This document shows, in pieces, positions 62,481-64,000 of a DNA stretch of 64,000 nucleotides (positions within the stretch are counted from its first letter, which is position 1; each line of letters begins with the position of its first letter). Source of the DNA: Lama glama (taxonomy: Eukaryota); contig CM052817.1 in assembly GCA_028534125.1 (NCBI GenBank), positions 101,124,001 through 101,188,000 on the forward strand, read 5' to 3'. The position numbers were made by a program, and so were the translations under genes. Under the pieces are notes generated by a model that had not been told where the DNA came from, did not search any database, and saw nothing but the letters and a program-made list of their open reading frames with translations.

Positions 62481-63691
62481 GCTTCCCCCAAGACTCATCA
62501 ACCTCCAAGGTGACCAGGGCCACCAGCCGGGATCACCAGCTGGGGCGGACCGTGTCTGGGACTTTGGAGAGGGAGTGTGGCTTGGAAAGCAGAGGGGCAC
62601 TGTGTTGCATAAGGCTCAGTTTATGTCATTCTGGAGTTCTGACCACCCGCCTGTCCTCCTTGTCTGTCTGTCCTGCAGGTGAGCTCTGCATTGGGGTGCC
62701 AGTGGCCAACTTCGTATTCATGCTGGGTCTCTCCTACCATGTAATAGTGAACATGTTGCCAATATTGTGTCCCTTTTTTTATCAGAGAGGCTGAGAGCAC
62801 TTTGCAAACATGCGTAAGTGATAAGACAGCAACATGCAGCTGTGAATGAAACAGCAGGAACTTTCTCAGCTCGGCCCTCCCTTGTGCTCTCCCTCTGCCC
62901 ATCAAGAACGAGGGTGGGGAGAAGGGAGCAGACTCCCCTTTCTTTCAAGCATTACCTTACCACCCTCCCGCCACCCTGGCACTTGCAGTGGAAACTTGCC
63001 GCTTCCATTTCTAACTAGACATATAATCTACTTTCATTCTGGCGACGGGTCAATATTTTTTTTTCCGTGAGGCTAGGTGCTGAGCCTTGCCCTGGTTTCT
63101 GAGGTCTCATGTTCACCAGCAGTAAGCCAGGCCTCCTTTTTACCTCGGGTGTTTTTTTTTTTTCTTTCTTTCTTTTTTTTCTTTTTTCCAAAGCAGAGGA
63201 AACCAAGGCAGGTATTTAGCAAAAGTGTCCAGAAGGCTGAAGCTGTTGTTCTGCAGGCCGCCAGCCCAGCAATGTCTTGAAATACACATTAAAAATAACC
63301 TATCACCAGCTGCCCCCAGCCCCGCCTGTCCCCCACCCACCCCTTCAGTGTCTGTGGCAGCAGAGCCAAAGTAACTGCATCTTTGTGAAGGTCCCAGATG
63401 ACAGCTGTGCGCTCTAATTTGAAAACTACTCCTGGACTAGAGGCAGGAAGTAGGGCAGGGACAGGATTTGAAGTCACAAGCCTCAGTCTGCACACCTCCA
63501 GGGTAAGTGATGATAAAACAGTGGGCAGCAAATGAACCCTCTTTGAGGGCATTTCCGCCCCCCCCTCTTTTTTTTTGCAAGTATTTGGTAATCATGTACA
63601 CTAGGCAAAATCCATGCCAGAAAATATTCAGATAATTCTCAGTTTCAGAATTGCATTAGCCCCACTGGTTTTTCTGTCTTCTAAAATAAGG

Positions 63692-64000
63692 GCACTGGGC
63701 ATGTATCAGAGGGAACTCTAATTAGAAAAGACACACACACCCCAATGTTCACAGCAGCACTGCTTACAATAGCCAAGACATGGAAGCAACCTAAATGTCC
63801 ATCGACAGATGACTGGATAAAGAAGCTGTGGTATATTAATACAGTGGAATACTACTCAGCCATAAAAAAGAATAAAATAATGCCATTTGCAGCAACATGG
63901 ATGGACCTAGAAATCATCATTCTGTGAAGTAAGCCAGAAAGAGAAAGATAAATACCATATGATTTCACACGTATGTGGAATCTAAAAAAGAAAAAAAAAG
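63692..64000 (+). mobile_element. Relatively young L1, ORF2 C-terminus and start of 3' UTR (runs off the window)
   Basis: MFTAALLTIAKTWKQPKCPSTDDWIKKLWYINTVEYYSAIKKNKIMPFAATWMDLEIIIL is canonical L1 ORF2 C-terminal sequence. Confidence 0.95.

Noticed and set aside
1..64000. CRISPR arrays, operons or other prokaryotic/viral systems
   Set aside because: The sequence is mammalian. No repeat-spacer arrays, and no intact transposase, RT or viral ORFs were seen.

Overview
This is mammalian genomic DNA, most likely from a camelid. That assignment is inferred from about 14 copies of a tRNA-derived SINE resembling the Vic-1 family and from cetartiodactyl-type L1 3' ends. The window is repeat-rich intergenic or intronic sequence with three assembly gaps (2340-2839, 44818-44917, 54820-54919). 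I found no intact protein-coding gene. The long ORFs in the track are artefacts of N-gaps, (GAAA)n or (CCT)n microsatellites, or decayed L1 ORF2. The only recognisable gene-derived sequence is a 5'-truncated, disabled RPL10A processed pseudogene (minus strand, ~40016-40376). The rest is L1, L2, MIR, MaLR LTRs, hAT and Tigger MITEs and SINEs, with several GC/CpG-rich patches carrying CTCF, NRF1 and CRE-like motifs and a few exon-like segments, mostly on the minus strand. The most interesting things visible are unusual retrotransposition products: an ERV 3'-end transcript apparently mobilised by L1 into a MER2, a SINE carrying an extra L1-like 3' segment within one target-site duplication (TSD), and a twin-primed inverted L1. 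There is also a possible unannotated minus-strand transcript or promoter set. I cannot support a claim of a new biological system. Repeat family names come from recalled consensus similarity, not a search, and boundaries are approximate unless TSDs are given.
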